Sequence record: MN871449.1 | DNA length: 64,000 nt | Direction: 5' to 3' (one strand) | Shown here: piece after piece, positions 28,442 to 37,778 of the stretch | How positions within the stretch are numbered: the first letter of the stretch is position 1 | Layout of the letters: the number at the start of each line of letters is the position of its first letter | The notes under the pieces: model-generated | Databases searched by the model: none | What the model was told of the DNA's origin: nothing | What the model saw: the letters and a program-made list of their open reading frames with translations, nothing else | Translations under genes and position numbers: made by a program

Positions 28442-28863
28442 AAAACAAAAATGCAACGTTGGTTGTTTTACCCTGCCAGTCTTTTTATTCTGGTTTATCG
28501 ACGCTCCTAGATAATATGCCAAGAGATGTCTGGATAAAAGCACGTGATCTTTCGTCGCTTTTTGTCGAAGATATTTTGGAACCGGAAAAAATGGCGATGC
28601 ACCCCGAGGTCTTAAAAGGATTCTTTATTGCGAGTGATCCTGGTTTACTCGAGTACGGCATGGAAATCATTCTGGAAAACTACGATTGTCTCCATACTCG
28701 ACTTTACCGTGAGATGGAGAAAGTCCATCCCTTCCTATTAGAGAAACGTTATCATCTTGAGAACTTATTCCTGTACACGGGAAGTTATTCTCTTGGTTTA
28801 AGGATTGAAGAACATGAAAATAAAAGTTCTTACTTCCCTTGTACGACTCCCTTTAATCTTTAG
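28435..28863 (+). CDS. Array member 9 (hypothetical, 142 aa)
   Basis: GGAGG RBS; TLVVLP...LENLFLYTGSYSLGLRI. Confidence 0.7.
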   Translation: MVKNKNATLVVLPCQSFYSGLSTLLDNMPRDVWIKARDLSSLFVEDILEPEKMAMHPEVLKGFFIASDPGLLEYGMEIILENYDCLHTRLYREMEKVHPFLLEKRYHLENLFLYTGSYSLGLRIEEHENKSSYFPCTTPFNL

Positions 28864-29164
28864 TTATTTTTATCAGGGTCTTTTAGACGAAGTCCAATGC
28901 GATGAAGATGATGATACGGTTATTGACATCGAATACCTAAAGGACTCGACCAGGAAGCTCGTATTGGAAGTCATTGACAGCGGATTGAAAACTACTGTTC
29001 CTTCTATTGAACACGGTGAGATTGCTGGTCATCTTTTTCTCACCCACGAAACCTTGAAAGAACGAGTGGAAGAAATCACCAGTAAAACAACCTTTCGTTA
29101 TGTAGACCTCGAGTACTTCGACTCTACTACGTTAATGTTGCTTTTCGAATCGGGAGAAAATTAA
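28814..29164 (+). CDS. Array member 10 (hypothetical, 116 aa)
   Basis: ATG 28814 with AAGGA; SLVRLP...YVDLEYFDSTTLMLLF. Confidence 0.7.
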   Translation: MKIKVLTSLVRLPLIFSYFYQGLLDEVQCDEDDDTVIDIEYLKDSTRKLVLEVIDSGLKTTVPSIEHGEIAGHLFLTHETLKERVEEITSKTTFRYVDLEYFDSTTLMLLFESGEN

Positions 29165-29587
29165 ATGACGTCTACAGACCTCATCCTCGGTAAATTTACA
29201 CTGAACTCCACGGTGACCTTTCAGGTTTATCCGTCTGCGCTTTACGGGGATGTTTTCCGTAACGTGGTTCCGACTGACATTGTGTCGGCCAGAGGTGCTA
29301 CTAAATTCGGTATTGACCCGGAAGCAGAGCACGCGAAGGTTTATCCTCTTCTGCCATCGGGTAGCGTTGAAGACAATGCCCGTTCTTACAACTGGTTGGT
29401 ATTGGCCTTAGAAGACGGCACAGAACGCGTCATCGGATTACCCTGGATCAAAGTTGATACGATCAACGTTGTTGAGACAGTGAATGCCCTTGTCACTATT
29501 CCCGGGATTGGTACAGGCGATATTGAAAAGATCCGGCTGGCGATTAACAGCGCAGGCTTCAACAATTTCACCATCGTCACCAGTTAA
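29165..29587 (+). CDS. Conserved chimallivirus protein upstream of the DNA polymerase (phiKZ gp49 position)
   Basis: 140 aa, beta-rich, GGGAG RBS; synteny. Confidence 0.6.
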   Translation: MTSTDLILGKFTLNSTVTFQVYPSALYGDVFRNVVPTDIVSARGATKFGIDPEAEHAKVYPLLPSGSVEDNARSYNWLVLALEDGTERVIGLPWIKVDTINVVETVNALVTIPGIGTGDIEKIRLAINSAGFNNFTIVTS

Positions 29588-29594
29588 CTATTCT

Positions 29595-29650
29595 CTTCTC
29601 CTGTAACCGAAAGGTTACAGGAGAAGGTTATCTTTTCTTTTTTTCTTTTT
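29595..29650 (+). terminator. Intrinsic terminator
   Basis: CTTCTCCTGTAACC-GAAA-GGTTACAGGAGAAG (GNRA loop) followed by a T-rich tract. Confidence 0.7.
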
Positions 29651-29699
29651 TCAGTGACCGTACTATTCCTGTAGAAGACCGATTACATAGGACGATAGC

Positions 29700-31916
29700 G
29701 TGAAAGTTTCTAACCCATTTACGCGCACCGCTAAGGATTACCATCGAGACCTTGGCGTGCACGAGTCGTACATTATTCAAACTGCTTTATTCATACAACG
29801 CAGCACTGGAAGACCTTTCGAAGAATGTCGTGACTTTGTTGTCGAGGAACTGAAAAACCCGGATAACGGCGTGACCGATCCTGTTTTTTGCATGTTGGAA
29901 CGCGATGAGAATCTGGATCAAAAACCGATTATGGTACCTTTCTCACAGTACCTCAAAGACATTCTCGATAACGAATGGTTAATGGCACCTACGTTCACGA
30001 CCGTGTTACCGCCGCACCAAAAGTTATCGTTACTCTCTGAATATATCAAAGGTAACTTGAAAAAGCGCTCCGCCGAAAAACATGAAATGTTTGAAGCGAA
30101 GAAAGTCGGTAACTTTATTAAGGCAACCTTCCACAACAACAATCAGAACAACAAAAAGATTCTGAACAACGCCATCTCCGGTAACCACCGTTCTGAGCAC
30201 TCACCGCTTTACGACCGCTCAACGCACCCGGTATTGACAAGTTGCTGTCGTATTGCCAACGGTATTGCCAACTCCAACAATGACCGTTTATTGTCTGGCT
30301 CTCGCCACTATTGGCGACCTGATGTTGTCTACGCTAACTTGACCAGTATTCTTGAACTGACCGATTGGGCAAAAGTAGAAAATACCGTTAAGAAGTTTAA
30401 TCTGCATATCCCGTCGGTTGAAGAAACGTTAGCGGTACTGTCGTATTCGTCTGACCTCTACTGGCGATCAGAAGGGGGAGACCGCAATTTAAAACGTTTC
30501 CTGAAAGGCTGTAGCGATTACGAACGAGCAGCGTTCGTTTACATGGGCGACCTTTATCATATTCGTCAGTTCAACGAGGCGATTGTAAGGGATCTGATTC
30601 GTGGTTTAGTCACTCCAGCAGAAACGCCGGTACCTGACTACGAAGGATGGATGAAGTTTGTCGATGAAGACACCATCGCACAGATCACGGTTATGTTCCC
30701 GGAAATCATTGGCGATAAAAACCCGTTCCACGAAGAAGTTATTGCTAAAGCCGATTACTGGCGTTTAGGTTCCACCTGTGCACTCATTTACCAGACGCTG
30801 GACAAATATAAAGAAATCATCGATACGTTCCTGATGTCAAGAAACATCCCGTTCCTGATTTCTGACTTCCCCCATGCCGTTAGACGCAGTGGTGTAGGGT
30901 CTGATACCGACTCCGCTATCTTTACGGTTCAGGATTGGATTCGTTGGTACTCTGATAATGATTTGCTAACGAAAGAAAACATCATTCTAGCTGAAGGGAT
31001 TGCGTTCCTTGTCTCGCAGACGACCACGCATAACCTTGCTACCATGACCGTAAACATGGGTGTTCAGGACGAGAAAGAAGTCTTCCGTCTGGCAATGAAG
31101 AACGAATTCCTTTTCCCGGTGTTCATGTTGACCAGTCGTGCTAAGCACTATGCGGCAAACAAACGCGTACAAGAAGGGGTCTATATCGAAGACCGAGAGA
31201 AGAAAGGCGTAGAGCTCATTGCTTCCAACTCACCAGCCGGAGTACGTAAAGATCTTGATTTGATGATCGAAGAGATTGTCGACAGTGTTACGGAAGGGAA
31301 AATGTTGGAACTGAGCCGTTACTTACGGTGGGTAGCCCGGTGGGAGTATACGATCTACGAATCGATTCGTAAAGGGGAGACCACGTACCTTAAAGCGGCA
31401 CGTGTTAAAGAAGAGGAAGGGTACACTAAGAAGACCGAAGAACAGAATACGCCGTATCTGAACTACGAACTGTGGCAAGAAGTCTTTGCGCCGAAGTTTG
31501 GTCTTATTGAACCGCCGCCATACTCAGCGTTGTCGTTCAGTATTATCCACGATACGAAAACCAAAACGGAGAAATGGTTAGCGAACTGGAAAGATCAGGA
31601 AATGGCGAAACGAATGCGACAATTCCTGGCAGCGAAGAATAAGACTTATTTGGGTCGTATCCTGCTGCCAGAAAGTATTGTCATGTCAATCGGGATTCCA
31701 GAGGATATCCTTGAGGCGACAAACATTCGTAAAATTATCGGCAGCGCCATGTCACCTTTCTACCTGGTTCTTGAGTCACTGGAATACTACCTCTTTGATA
31801 AAGACCAATCTAAACTGGTCTTTGATCAAATTTCTCGTGAGGATGCTTTCTCTGACTTTAACGAAGTGGAATCAGCACTTCGTCCAACAGAACCTGTAGA
31901 GTATCTTGAGGATTAA
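29700..31916 (+). CDS. Family-B DNA polymerase, polymerase-domain subunit of the split chimallivirus enzyme (phiKZ gp50-like)
   Basis: KILNNAISG (motif B-like), SDTDS (motif C), YAA and KGVE; no exonuclease or motif A region, as expected for a split enzyme. Confidence 0.88.
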   Translation: MKVSNPFTRTAKDYHRDLGVHESYIIQTALFIQRSTGRPFEECRDFVVEELKNPDNGVTDPVFCMLERDENLDQKPIMVPFSQYLKDILDNEWLMAPTFTTVLPPHQKLSLLSEYIKGNLKKRSAEKHEMFEAKKVGNFIKATFHNNNQNNKKILNNAISGNHRSEHSPLYDRSTHPVLTSCCRIANGIANSNNDRLLSGSRHYWRPDVVYANLTSILELTDWAKVENTVKKFNLHIPSVEETLAVLSYSSDLYWRSEGGDRNLKRFLKGCSDYERAAFVYMGDLYHIRQFNEAIVRDLIRGLVTPAETPVPDYEGWMKFVDEDTIAQITVMFPEIIGDKNPFHEEVIAKADYWRLGSTCALIYQTLDKYKEIIDTFLMSRNIPFLISDFPHAVRRSGVGSDTDSAIFTVQDWIRWYSDNDLLTKENIILAEGIAFLVSQTTTHNLATMTVNMGVQDEKEVFRLAMKNEFLFPVFMLTSRAKHYAANKRVQEGVYIEDREKKGVELIASNSPAGVRKDLDLMIEEIVDSVTEGKMLELSRYLRWVARWEYTIYESIRKGETTYLKAARVKEEEGYTKKTEEQNTPYLNYELWQEVFAPKFGLIEPPPYSALSFSIIHDTKTKTEKWLANWKDQEMAKRMRQFLAAKNKTYLGRILLPESIVMSIGIPEDILEATNIRKIIGSAMSPFYLVLESLEYYLFDKDQSKLVFDQISREDAFSDFNEVESALRPTEPVEYLED

Positions 31917-32952
31917 TCCCCGTTATCGGTGTCAGGTAACCTCCGTTAACAAAACGCGCGTACCAACGTTCCAGTTGAGTTTTTACACTACCGTTGTCTT
32001 TAGACCCTGTTTCACCAGAAAGACGGGACAGGGTACTTAAGTACGGTAAATTTGCCAATGTGTAAAGACCGAGGTTCTGACGGTTGAAAAAGATATCCGG
32101 GATCGTAATCGCTTCAAGAAGTGTTTCTGTAAATAACCCGGGGATTTGTGCCGGAAGGTCAATGAAGCGCCGCGGAGCGCTTCTGGCGCGTTGTAACCAC
32201 TGTTCCCAGACTTTATCAACCAGTGGACGTAAATCGTAGATTGCCAAGCCGTGTCGTGCGGCGTCATCGTTAACCGGGATATACCCTGTCGACAACCGAA
32301 GACGATTGAAGAAACAAAAATTCATGTCCTCTTCGATCATGTTGACTAAAGGGTACTGATAAACAAATTGGTTGATAGAAACGGGATGCGGGTTCGCTTC
32401 TGTACCGACGTTAAACTGCGACCAGTGCCGATACTGGACTGCCAGAAGACCGATGTCGATAGACAGGAAAGCGTTTCCTTTATAGTGACTAAAGTGCTGC
32501 CCGTCACGGGCGTTAAAAGAAAGCCCTGTCAGATTGTGCGAAATTGGGCGTACTGGAATAAGTTCTTGCCAGTAGTTCTTTGCGTCGAATCGATAAGGGA
32601 GATCTTTTTCCTCAACGATGTAGAACTCGGTCATACCTTGACCGTAAAACCATGGTTTACTGGCTTTACCAGAAAGCACGGTTTCCGTATTGAGGTTCAA
32701 CGCCCTGTGTGTCAGTTTACTGGCGGAGTGACAGAATCGATAATACTGTTCATCGTTCATGTCTACCCGTGACGGTAAATGTTGAAGTATCTGAATCAGT
32801 ATATGATCACTCTCAACAGCACGGATGCTATTACGGTAATGTTGTTTAATGTTCTTTAAATTAATGCCGGCATTGTTGCGCAGCAAGGTGAGTTGTCCCG
32901 GAAAAAACGTCTTCACGGATTGACGGTTTAGAAATTCGAAAGCTGAGATCAT
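31858..32952 (-). CDS. Conserved chimallivirus protein between DNA polymerase and chmA (probably virion-associated)
   Basis: 364 aa, GGAG RBS, opposite strand; synteny only. Confidence 0.55.
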   Translation of the reverse strand: MISAFEFLNRQSVKTFFPGQLTLLRNNAGINLKNIKQHYRNSIRAVESDHILIQILQHLPSRVDMNDEQYYRFCHSASKLTHRALNLNTETVLSGKASKPWFYGQGMTEFYIVEEKDLPYRFDAKNYWQELIPVRPISHNLTGLSFNARDGQHFSHYKGNAFLSIDIGLLAVQYRHWSQFNVGTEANPHPVSINQFVYQYPLVNMIEEDMNFCFFNRLRLSTGYIPVNDDAARHGLAIYDLRPLVDKVWEQWLQRARSAPRRFIDLPAQIPGLFTETLLEAITIPDIFFNRQNLGLYTLANLPYLSTLSRLSGETGSKDNGSVKTQLERWYARFVNGGYLTPITGINPQDTLQVLLDEVLIPLR

Positions 32953-33157
32953 TAGTTTTCTCCGAGCGACTAATCATTTTTAAAGTGCATCTGCTATATT
33001 ATGAAAGAACTCCTTCATAACGAAGGACTAGCCCTAAATGGGCATAATGACTATTATATGTAGAAAGTTCTAATCGGAAACCCGATTGACTCTCTATTGA
33101 GTGAGGTCTATTATATCTCATCGCTATAAAAGACCCATTTCAAACTTTTTTCACATC

Positions 33158-33174
33158 TATATCACAATAGTGAA
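33158..33174 (+). promoter_or_regulatory. Early promoter motif for chmA
   Basis: TATATCAC-AA-TAGTGAA followed by leader hairpin GAAGGTA-ATGAG-TACCTTC. Confidence 0.7.
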
Positions 33175-33236
33175 GAAGGTAATGAGTACCTTCAGAATCG
33201 CGATAAAAATTGTTTTAACTCCTAGGAGATTTAAAG

Positions 33237-35138
33237 ATGGCCTTACGTGATGACGATCACAACAAAAACAAAGCAGAAGAAGCAGCAGTAGAAACTGGTG
33301 CGCAGGAAACTTCTCGCGACGAAGGTCGCCAGGAAGAATCCTCTGCACGCCGCCGTTCCTTTTACACCCGTTCCAACGAAAATGATTCCCGTCAGGAGAA
33401 AAAAGTGACTTCATCCTATAACTTCCGTAAAGATGCGCCAGTACTGTCCCTGAACTCTGCGGCAGGCGACGTAGCCAAATTCGTCGAACTGACCAAAGAA
33501 ATCCAGAAACAGCACAGCGCCGCGATCAGCCTGAACGGTGTCCTGGAATGGACGGTAACGCCGGCAACAGGCAAAGATACCCAAATGAAACTGGACGCTG
33601 CGGTCATCGCTGCCCGTCTGAAAGACAACGGCATGATCTTCGCGTCTACCGTGATCTTCGTGGGTAACACCGTGATGCCGAAACAGGCCGTGCAGGTTGG
33701 TCGTGACCACACCGTGCGTTTCACCACCACCGCAAACGACCAGTACGAAGCGATCGGCTATAAAGAGTCCCTGGACGATCTGATTGCCCTGTCCAACCCG
33801 GCATTCACCGGCCAGGTTCAGCATCTGGCGGCGTCCCCGATCTTCCTGGACAAACCGACCGACGCAGAACTGGAGCGTATCGCTTCTGCCGTGATCAACC
33901 AGATCATCTATTCCGTTAACGCGATCCTGACCACTAACGAGTTCAGCATTGCGGCGCTGGACCTGAAAAATAACGATCTGCTGGCGAACATCGCGTTCCA
34001 TCAAGGTGACGTTGCTGACGACATCACCGAAATGCCGCATCGCGCCGATATCGTTGTTGATCTGATGGTGGCGCCGCGTGACGAACGTCGTGGCGGTATT
34101 GTTAACGTATTGTCCGAGCGTGAGTCCACTCAGCTGGCCGGTCTGATCTCCCACGTCGACCTGTATTACAAAGGCGAAGAAGAGCAGTCCAACAGTTTCT
34201 TTGCACTGCGCAAAAAGAAAGCGGAAGACTTCGATACCCGTATCTACGGTATCGCTCTGGTGATCAGCGATCTGAAATGCGTGGCGATTCCTGAATACCT
34301 GATGTTCTCTCTGGCACAGGTATCTGCACTGATGACTGAACCGGCTCTGATTCAGGGTCTGCGTCCGCTGAACACCAAAGGCGCGCTGCGTACCGCTGAA
34401 GCTCTGACCTATGAACTGAAAGGCGAGTTTGAAAAACTCCCGGAAGTTCTGAACGACGACGAATGGGCTGGCCTGGTGGCTAACGTTGTTCGTGAGAACA
34501 GCCAGATCGTTCAGATCCAGATCCCGCGTTCTTCCATCAACACCCCGCTGCTGCAGCTGCTGGTTGATGCGTGCGACGAAACGAACCCGAACCGTAAAGA
34601 AGCTGTTGACGTGCTGATCGAAGCCGCCGACAACATCTCCGGCGATCGTTTCTCTACCATCATGAACACCTCAGATCTGTACGACGTGGGTATCATCCGC
34701 GACATGCCGCAACTGCTGGGCACCTGGATCGACGAACAGGGTCATAAACGTGACCTGCGTGAAATCGGTTACTACGAAATTCTGACCAACTTCGGTCTGA
34801 AATCTCCGCAGGTGGTTGCCGATTACGATCGTTGCCTGAACGACGATTCGATCGATCTGCAAGTCCGTATGGACCAGATGGAAAAAATCATCGAAGACTA
34901 CACCGGCGGTCAGTATCAGATCACCGACCGTGCAGACGTCATCGAAGTGAACGCCAACTGGCTGTTCGGCCTGACCCGCGCACTGTCTGCAGCAGGCATG
35001 GTGGTTACCGCTGATGGTATTACTCAGGATGGCCGTACCAGCCGTCGTGGTTATACCTCTCGTTACGAATCCAACGGCTATGACGGTGCAGGTTTCCGTT
35101 CTCGTGCCCGTTCTTCTTACGGTTTCGGCGGTCGTTAA
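33237..35138 (+). CDS. chmA: Chimallin, phage nuclear shell protein (phiKZ gp54-like)
   Basis: 633 aa, directly upstream of the nvRNAP beta-prime gene; extreme high-expression codon bias (CTG, CGT, AAC, TTC); disordered N-tail and G/R/Y/F-rich C-tail; own early promoter and terminator. Confidence 0.85.
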   Translation: MALRDDDHNKNKAEEAAVETGAQETSRDEGRQEESSARRRSFYTRSNENDSRQEKKVTSSYNFRKDAPVLSLNSAAGDVAKFVELTKEIQKQHSAAISLNGVLEWTVTPATGKDTQMKLDAAVIAARLKDNGMIFASTVIFVGNTVMPKQAVQVGRDHTVRFTTTANDQYEAIGYKESLDDLIALSNPAFTGQVQHLAASPIFLDKPTDAELERIASAVINQIIYSVNAILTTNEFSIAALDLKNNDLLANIAFHQGDVADDITEMPHRADIVVDLMVAPRDERRGGIVNVLSERESTQLAGLISHVDLYYKGEEEQSNSFFALRKKKAEDFDTRIYGIALVISDLKCVAIPEYLMFSLAQVSALMTEPALIQGLRPLNTKGALRTAEALTYELKGEFEKLPEVLNDDEWAGLVANVVRENSQIVQIQIPRSSINTPLLQLLVDACDETNPNRKEAVDVLIEAADNISGDRFSTIMNTSDLYDVGIIRDMPQLLGTWIDEQGHKRDLREIGYYEILTNFGLKSPQVVADYDRCLNDDSIDLQVRMDQMEKIIEDYTGGQYQITDRADVIEVNANWLFGLTRALSAAGMVVTADGITQDGRTSRRGYTSRYESNGYDGAGFRSRARSSYGFGGR

Positions 35139-35160
35139 TTCGTAGTTTGGTAATACTCTA

Positions 35161-35191
35161 AAAAGAAAGGACTTCGGTCCTTTCTTTTTTT
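35161..35191 (+). terminator. Terminator after chmA
   Basis: AAAAGAAAGGAC-TTCG-GTCCTTTCTTTTTTT. Confidence 0.85.
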
Positions 35192-35221
35192 GTCTTGACT
35201 TTTAATGCTTAGAGGGGAATC

Positions 35222-36676
35222 ATGGGCATTTATTACGCGTTACCTGACTACGACAAAGACATACAACGGCTCAAACGTCCTCCTATTATTCTCAATGAAA
35301 TTCGTTCCGACGAATATGAACTCATTGACCCTGTCCGTGAATTAACCATGACAGAGTATGAAGGCGACGTGATCGATACGTTACCCTCGTGTGAATGTGG
35401 GATGACCACTGGTCGTTATAATACCTCAACCAAACCTGGCACCGCCAATACCGTGTGTCCGTATTGTGACACTGAAGTGATGTCACCGATTGACCGAGGT
35501 TTTGAGTCCAGTGTTTGGATGAAAGTCCCTCATGGCGTTAGAGCCTTTATACGCGTTAATGCGCTCGATATGTTAATGCGGGCTTTTAAGCAAGACGATT
35601 TTAGTGCGATAGAATGGCTCTGTAATACGCGGTATGAGCCTAAGAATCGCAACAGCATAGTCTATGAACGATTCAAGAAGTTAGGGATACCAAGAGGGTA
35701 TAACCACTTCATTGATCACTTCGACGAAATTCTGGAATTACTGATGACGGCCCCTGTCTTCAAACCCGACCAGAAGCGAACCGAAGTTTATGACTTCATG
35801 CGCAACAATCGTCATCTCCTCTTTTCGCAATATATCCCGTTACCCAGTCGGCGTAGTATCATTACAGAACTCTCAAACAAAACGCGCTTTTGCGCGGAGG
35901 GCTATGTCAATGTGGTTGACGCAGCAAGGGCCATTTACGGGCTTGTTGGGAAAGAGGAACCCCGTTATCAAAACACCCGTGAGCATAATACGTTTAAAGC
36001 ATTAACAATGCTGATTGCGTATCGTGAGTTTGTCGATAAGAATGTTTTGGGTTCGAAACCTGGTTGGTATCGTAAACAGATCTTCGGTTCTCGTACAGGA
36101 CCGACTTATCGTGGCGTGGTGAGTTCGTTGTCCGGTGCACATGACTACGAAGAAATGCACATGCCTTGGGGTATGGGTATAACCTTGTATCATACGCATC
36201 TTCTTGGGATGTTAATGCGTGACGGATTAACCTTGGCGCAGAGTGAGCGGTTCATTTTGGATTGTGTAGGGCAATACGACCCGTACATGCACGATCTTCT
36301 CAATCGTCTGATTGATCGTTCTCCTTACGAAACGCTTCAGGGTAAACGTGGCTTACCGCAGATCTTGGGTCGTAACCCGACCTTAAACCTGCGTTCAGTA
36401 CAGTCTCTGTTCGTTACACGCTTCAAGACAGACCCTCACGACAATACCATCGGTCTAAGCTTACTCGTGCTCCGAGCCCCCAACTGCGATTTCGACGGGG
36501 ACCAGCTCGCGGGAATGCCTATTCTTTCACGTGAGGACTTTATTGCTATACGGAAGCTTTCTCCGCACACGGGGACTTTTGATCTCAATAAACCTCTGAG
36601 TTTGAATAGCAACATGGAGATTGGGAAACCTGTGCGTTCCACAATCAACAATTTCTTATACGGGAGACACTTTTGA
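35222..36676 (+). CDS. Non-virion RNA polymerase beta-prime N-terminal subunit (phiKZ gp55-like)
   Basis: Zn ligands CECG...CPYC, RKQIFGSR, GRNPTL and catalytic APNCDFDGDQ. Confidence 0.93.
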   Translation: MGIYYALPDYDKDIQRLKRPPIILNEIRSDEYELIDPVRELTMTEYEGDVIDTLPSCECGMTTGRYNTSTKPGTANTVCPYCDTEVMSPIDRGFESSVWMKVPHGVRAFIRVNALDMLMRAFKQDDFSAIEWLCNTRYEPKNRNSIVYERFKKLGIPRGYNHFIDHFDEILELLMTAPVFKPDQKRTEVYDFMRNNRHLLFSQYIPLPSRRSIITELSNKTRFCAEGYVNVVDAARAIYGLVGKEEPRYQNTREHNTFKALTMLIAYREFVDKNVLGSKPGWYRKQIFGSRTGPTYRGVVSSLSGAHDYEEMHMPWGMGITLYHTHLLGMLMRDGLTLAQSERFILDCVGQYDPYMHDLLNRLIDRSPYETLQGKRGLPQILGRNPTLNLRSVQSLFVTRFKTDPHDNTIGLSLLVLRAPNCDFDGDQLAGMPILSREDFIAIRKLSPHTGTFDLNKPLSLNSNMEIGKPVRSTINNFLYGRHF

Positions 36677-37293
36677 AAATTGCAATTATCGATGGCGGTG
36701 AGTCTGTTTTTAGGGCAGCGGCCTTCGGTCTTCCCGATCGTGAGGACATTCAGCGCTCTTACGATAGACTGGAGCGTTTTAGTTCCAATCTGTCTGACCG
36801 GGCGAAAGGAATGCTGAACTCGGCGAAGACAATGATTTCATCGCTTTATGATGACACAGTCAGAAGTCAGCTCAAGCGTTTGAACAGCAGTAAACGCGGT
36901 CTCTATCGTGATAACATCATTCAGTTCTTGGACAGTCCTGAGGAAGTGGCCAGTGCACCGCTGAAGATGCGGCGTTGGTTACTCAGTAGTCCGAGAACCC
37001 GTTCACTTTGGGATCGCCAGAGTACGCACGGCTGGGGCTCTAAACGCGACGCCTTTGTGTTTGAGACTACGCCGGAAAACGACCCTTACTGGAAAGCGAT
37101 TCGCAACGGAGTCGCAGAGAAAAACAGTAAAGGGGAGTGGTGGGTGGAATACACCTATGGCGCTTGTGATGTTGAGGGTGAAGAACATCTGACGTTGGAA
37201 CAGCAGATGGAACTTTGCGCGACCTTTGACGTGATCAATAACGCGATTGATGAAGGCATTGACCCCTTCAGTCCGTTAGGTGAGAAACTGTAA
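36673..37293 (+). CDS. Conserved hypothetical protein (206 aa)
   Basis: TTGA overlap with the RNAP stop; ends at a terminator. Confidence 0.75.
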   Translation: MKIAIIDGGESVFRAAAFGLPDREDIQRSYDRLERFSSNLSDRAKGMLNSAKTMISSLYDDTVRSQLKRLNSSKRGLYRDNIIQFLDSPEEVASAPLKMRRWLLSSPRTRSLWDRQSTHGWGSKRDAFVFETTPENDPYWKAIRNGVAEKNSKGEWWVEYTYGACDVEGEEHLTLEQQMELCATFDVINNAIDEGIDPFSPLGEKL

Positions 37294-37299
37294 AATAAT

Positions 37300-37329
37300 A
37301 AAAGAAAGGGGTTCGCCCCTTTCTTTTTT
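37300..37329 (+). terminator. Intrinsic terminator
   Basis: AAAAGAAAGGGG-TTCG-CCCCTTTCTTTTTT. Confidence 0.8.
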
Positions 37330-37379
37330 GTTTCTGTTCTGTATTTCTGTAGACCAAACTTAATAACTAGGAGTAAAAA

Positions 37380-37778
37380 ATGGCCACTGTACACCCCAGT
37401 TTAAACGGTCACGGTTATACGAAAAATCCTTTTGTGATTGCCGATGAATTATTCGCTTCCTCTATTTGGGCAAAGGACAGTCAGTCTGAACTGTATCACG
37501 GTCAAATCATTTCCCTTGACATGATGATACAAAGGTACTCGGATGACCCGAATAGCCTTTGTACGGAAATGACGGAACAATACACTACTTTATTCAGTAC
37601 GCATTTTTCCGACGTAAAAGTCCTGGTTACGCCTGAAATCGACGAGACAAAAGATACCTTCGGTGTAATCTTCAAAGTGCGTTTTACGCGAGAAGGGAAA
37701 AGTTACGACTTCTCACGAATTATTGAATATTACAACGGTGTGATTAAAAATGTTTTGGGGGTTTTAAATAATGACTGA
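37380..37778 (+). CDS. Conserved 132-aa protein, possibly a T4 gp25-like baseplate fold
   Basis: AGGAG RBS; helix-helix then C-terminal beta strands (VKVLV...FGVIFKVRF). Fold call is inference. Confidence 0.4.
   Translation: MATVHPSLNGHGYTKNPFVIADELFASSIWAKDSQSELYHGQIISLDMMIQRYSDDPNSLCTEMTEQYTTLFSTHFSDVKVLVTPEIDETKDTFGVIFKVRFTREGKSYDFSRIIEYYNGVIKNVLGVLNND

Noticed and set aside
1422-33046. Treating every intergenic TATG as a late promoter
   Set aside because: A 4-mer is expected often by chance; only the best-placed copies are listed, at low confidence.
33411-34154. 247-aa minus-strand ORF inside chmA (and shorter ones to 35014)
   Set aside because: Antisense shadows of a highly biased gene; no promoter, RBS or domain.
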